From: Macrostomum lignano | Taxonomy: Eukaryota | Length of the DNA: 64,000 nt | Reading direction: 5' to 3' | Assembly (NCBI GenBank): GCA_002269645.1 | Contig: NIVC01002769.1 | Location: 1-64,000, forward strand | Part shown: one piece after another, positions 61,851-64,000 of the stretch | How positions within the stretch are numbered: the stretch's first letter is position 1 | Layout: every line of letters begins with the position of its first letter | The notes under the pieces: generated by a model | What the model was told of the DNA's origin: nothing | The model's input: the letters and a program-made list of their open reading frames with translations, nothing else | Databases searched by the model: none | Program-made: the position numbers and the translations under genes

Positions 61851-64000
61851 TGTTTTATGGCTAGTTTAAGAATTTTTTGCTGAAAAAATTATCAATTAGA
61901 TTTTGATATACTTTGTTAATAAATATATGCATTTATTTTATGCTAAAGATTTATAAAATAATGATAAATAGTTAATAATACTAATAACAAATATTATAGA
62001 ATGGTTGTGAGTTTTTGCAAATATTGTCTTGGCTAATTCATTACTATATAGACAAATATACATAGATACTATGATGCAAAGTGCAGACACAAATTTCTAT
62101 TTGCCTCAGGTTGGCCTTTATACTAATAGATATGAACAATTGTATAATAAGCCCCTAACTTAGCAAATTTTTTTCTACAATGAATTTGTCTTTAAAATTA
62201 AGCCAAAGATCATAGTATATCCTAGTATAAGTTAGATACTTTTACCATTAAGTGCTTCGCCTCCTATTAAGTTATACTATTAGGTTTTTATTCTTCAGAT
62301 AATTCTATATTTAGAATAGAATTCTATTAGGAGCTAGGCCTAATATTGAGTGCTTTAAACTAGAAAATAATAGTTTTTTATTAAAATATATGATAGGTAT
62401 AATAGCAACAACTATTTATTCAAGACAATTGTCTTGAGAATTTTTTACTTGATCAAAATGACAAAATATTTCAAAAAATTGATCTTGCTACTTAGGCCCT
62501 AACTTTATAATATTAGGCCCTAACTTTAACTTTATCTGCTTAGCCATAGACCTAATCATAAATACTTTTTAGGCCTATTCATTGCATATGATATGTCTAT
62601 ATATTTGAACCTTGAGCTTAGTTAGAAAGATCATCTGCTAGCCATGGTGAGGAAGTGCATGGTTTTTGGCTGATCAACACACTATGATTTGGTTGAAATG
62701 CAGTCATTTTGTCTAGGGTCACTTTTTTGTTTGCTAGCAAATAAAATGACTTTAAAAAAACAATTAAAAAATATAGCTACATAAATGGTTTGTAAAGCAA
62801 ATTACATAATATATATACTAATAGGGAATAGCAATATTATATTTAGGCCTAGGCCCTACTGTTGGCATTGTAGGCCTAGGCCTATTGGCTATTATATTTT
62901 TGCAAATGAAAGAATGGCAAACAAATTGTCAACAGGGACAACAGACAAAAAACCATGAACCATCATCATTAACCTATGATTCTAATCCAAAAAGCAATGC
63001 CATGCCAATATATTGCTTTCCTTCGGATTCGGACAAAGTGGAGTGTCATCACTGGTTAGCTTAGGCCTAGCTGCATTGTCCAACTGCTTTAACATTGCCA
63101 ATGGCAAAGTTGAGAATCTGAGGACCTGCAGACTGCATTGGCTTCTGGGACTGGGAGTCAAAATGGTCGAAAAGAAGAGGCAAAACATCCGATTCATCCA
63201 CCTACAGAGTTTTCTCAGTTGCTGCCTGCCATCAATGCTTTAGCTTTGCCAAGTTCTTCTGTTCTGTTCTCTGGTTTTCAGATTTTTTGGATTGCTGTCC
63301 TCTTATTATTTTTGTTTCCTCATTCATTACATTAATTAATGCATCCATTATATTGTTAGATTTATTCATTTAGTCCTGGATTTTTAACTTGCGGAGAAAG
63401 AGATTCAAGTTTGTTCGTCGGTTGCTTGCTGACATGTGACGTGTCACGAGGGCCGCGAGGTAGTAGTAGTAAATTTGGCTCAGGCTTAAGGAGCCTGTTT
63501 TGCCAGTATAATCCGATGTATTTAGTATTTGTTCAAAAGGTTAAATTTTTACACGAGTTACGATATTTGTAAAAGTAAGGTACCAGTATTTGAAAGAGCG
63601 TCTAGAGTTTTTTGTAAAAAGATGTAGTATTTTTGAAAGCGCGTGATATTTCAAAGCGGGAAAAACGAACATAAACATACTTCGACAGACTTTAAGTTTA
63701 ACGAATAACGACGATTTAAATAGGAAATTAAAAAAGACAGTAAATGAATAAATAACTGAAAAGCGGATTTGTTACACTGCTAATGTATCTGATTCAGTTT
63801 GTTTAACTGTTTTAGCTATTCATGTCTTCATATATTTTAGCTACACCCGTGAGTTCTTTTCTGACTCTTTTTTCATTTGTAGCATACCCTATCTTGTGTA
63901 TTTGATTACCATTTAAGAGGTATTGACAGAAGTATTTTTTCCTGATCTCTTCAGTTTGTGGACATTCGGTCAAGTAGTGTAGAATGTCAGAACCATTTCG

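Noticed and set aside
62974-63243. ORFs upstream of the F-box gene as its first coding exon
   Set aside because: A better first exon with ACAATG and a GTAAGC donor exists at 61850-61776. These ORFs lack recognisable motifs and are probably UTR.

Overview
Eukaryotic (metazoan) genomic DNA with spliced genes, not a prokaryotic window. The style (AT-rich spacers, GC-rich Gln-rich exons, minisatellite-filled introns) suggests a flatworm such as Macrostomum; that is inference only. I built seven gene models by hand, with GT-AG junctions and consistent phases: (1) a thioredoxin-fold membrane protein lacking CxxC (+, 5538-7499); (2) an orphan coiled-coil/acidic protein (+, 8265-10050); (3) a PMP22/claudin-like 4-TM protein (-, 12932-15156); (4) an AKAP7-like 2H-phosphoesterase with both HxT motifs degenerate (+, 16820-23040); (5) PRKX-like kinase (-, 24600-28196); (6) X11/Mint/APBA adaptor (+, 35115-45760); (7) an F-box/LRR protein (-, 57488-61850). 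The most striking structure is a head-to-tail 4 x 2437-bp array (45165-54910) that amplifies the Mint PDZ1-PDZ2 coding segment, stop codon, 3' flank and a 32-bp minisatellite. About 20 minisatellite arrays are present, occupying 15 of 19 modelled introns. There are also three copies of a tRNA-derived CORE-type SINE, several MITE/foldback elements and a strong excess of the palindrome TAGGCCTA in AT-rich upstream regions. Most long ORFs in the supplied track are repeat-derived or antisense shadows. No CRISPR, rRNA or true tRNA gene was found. Family assignments come from recalled motif similarity, not database searches, and array boundaries are approximate.
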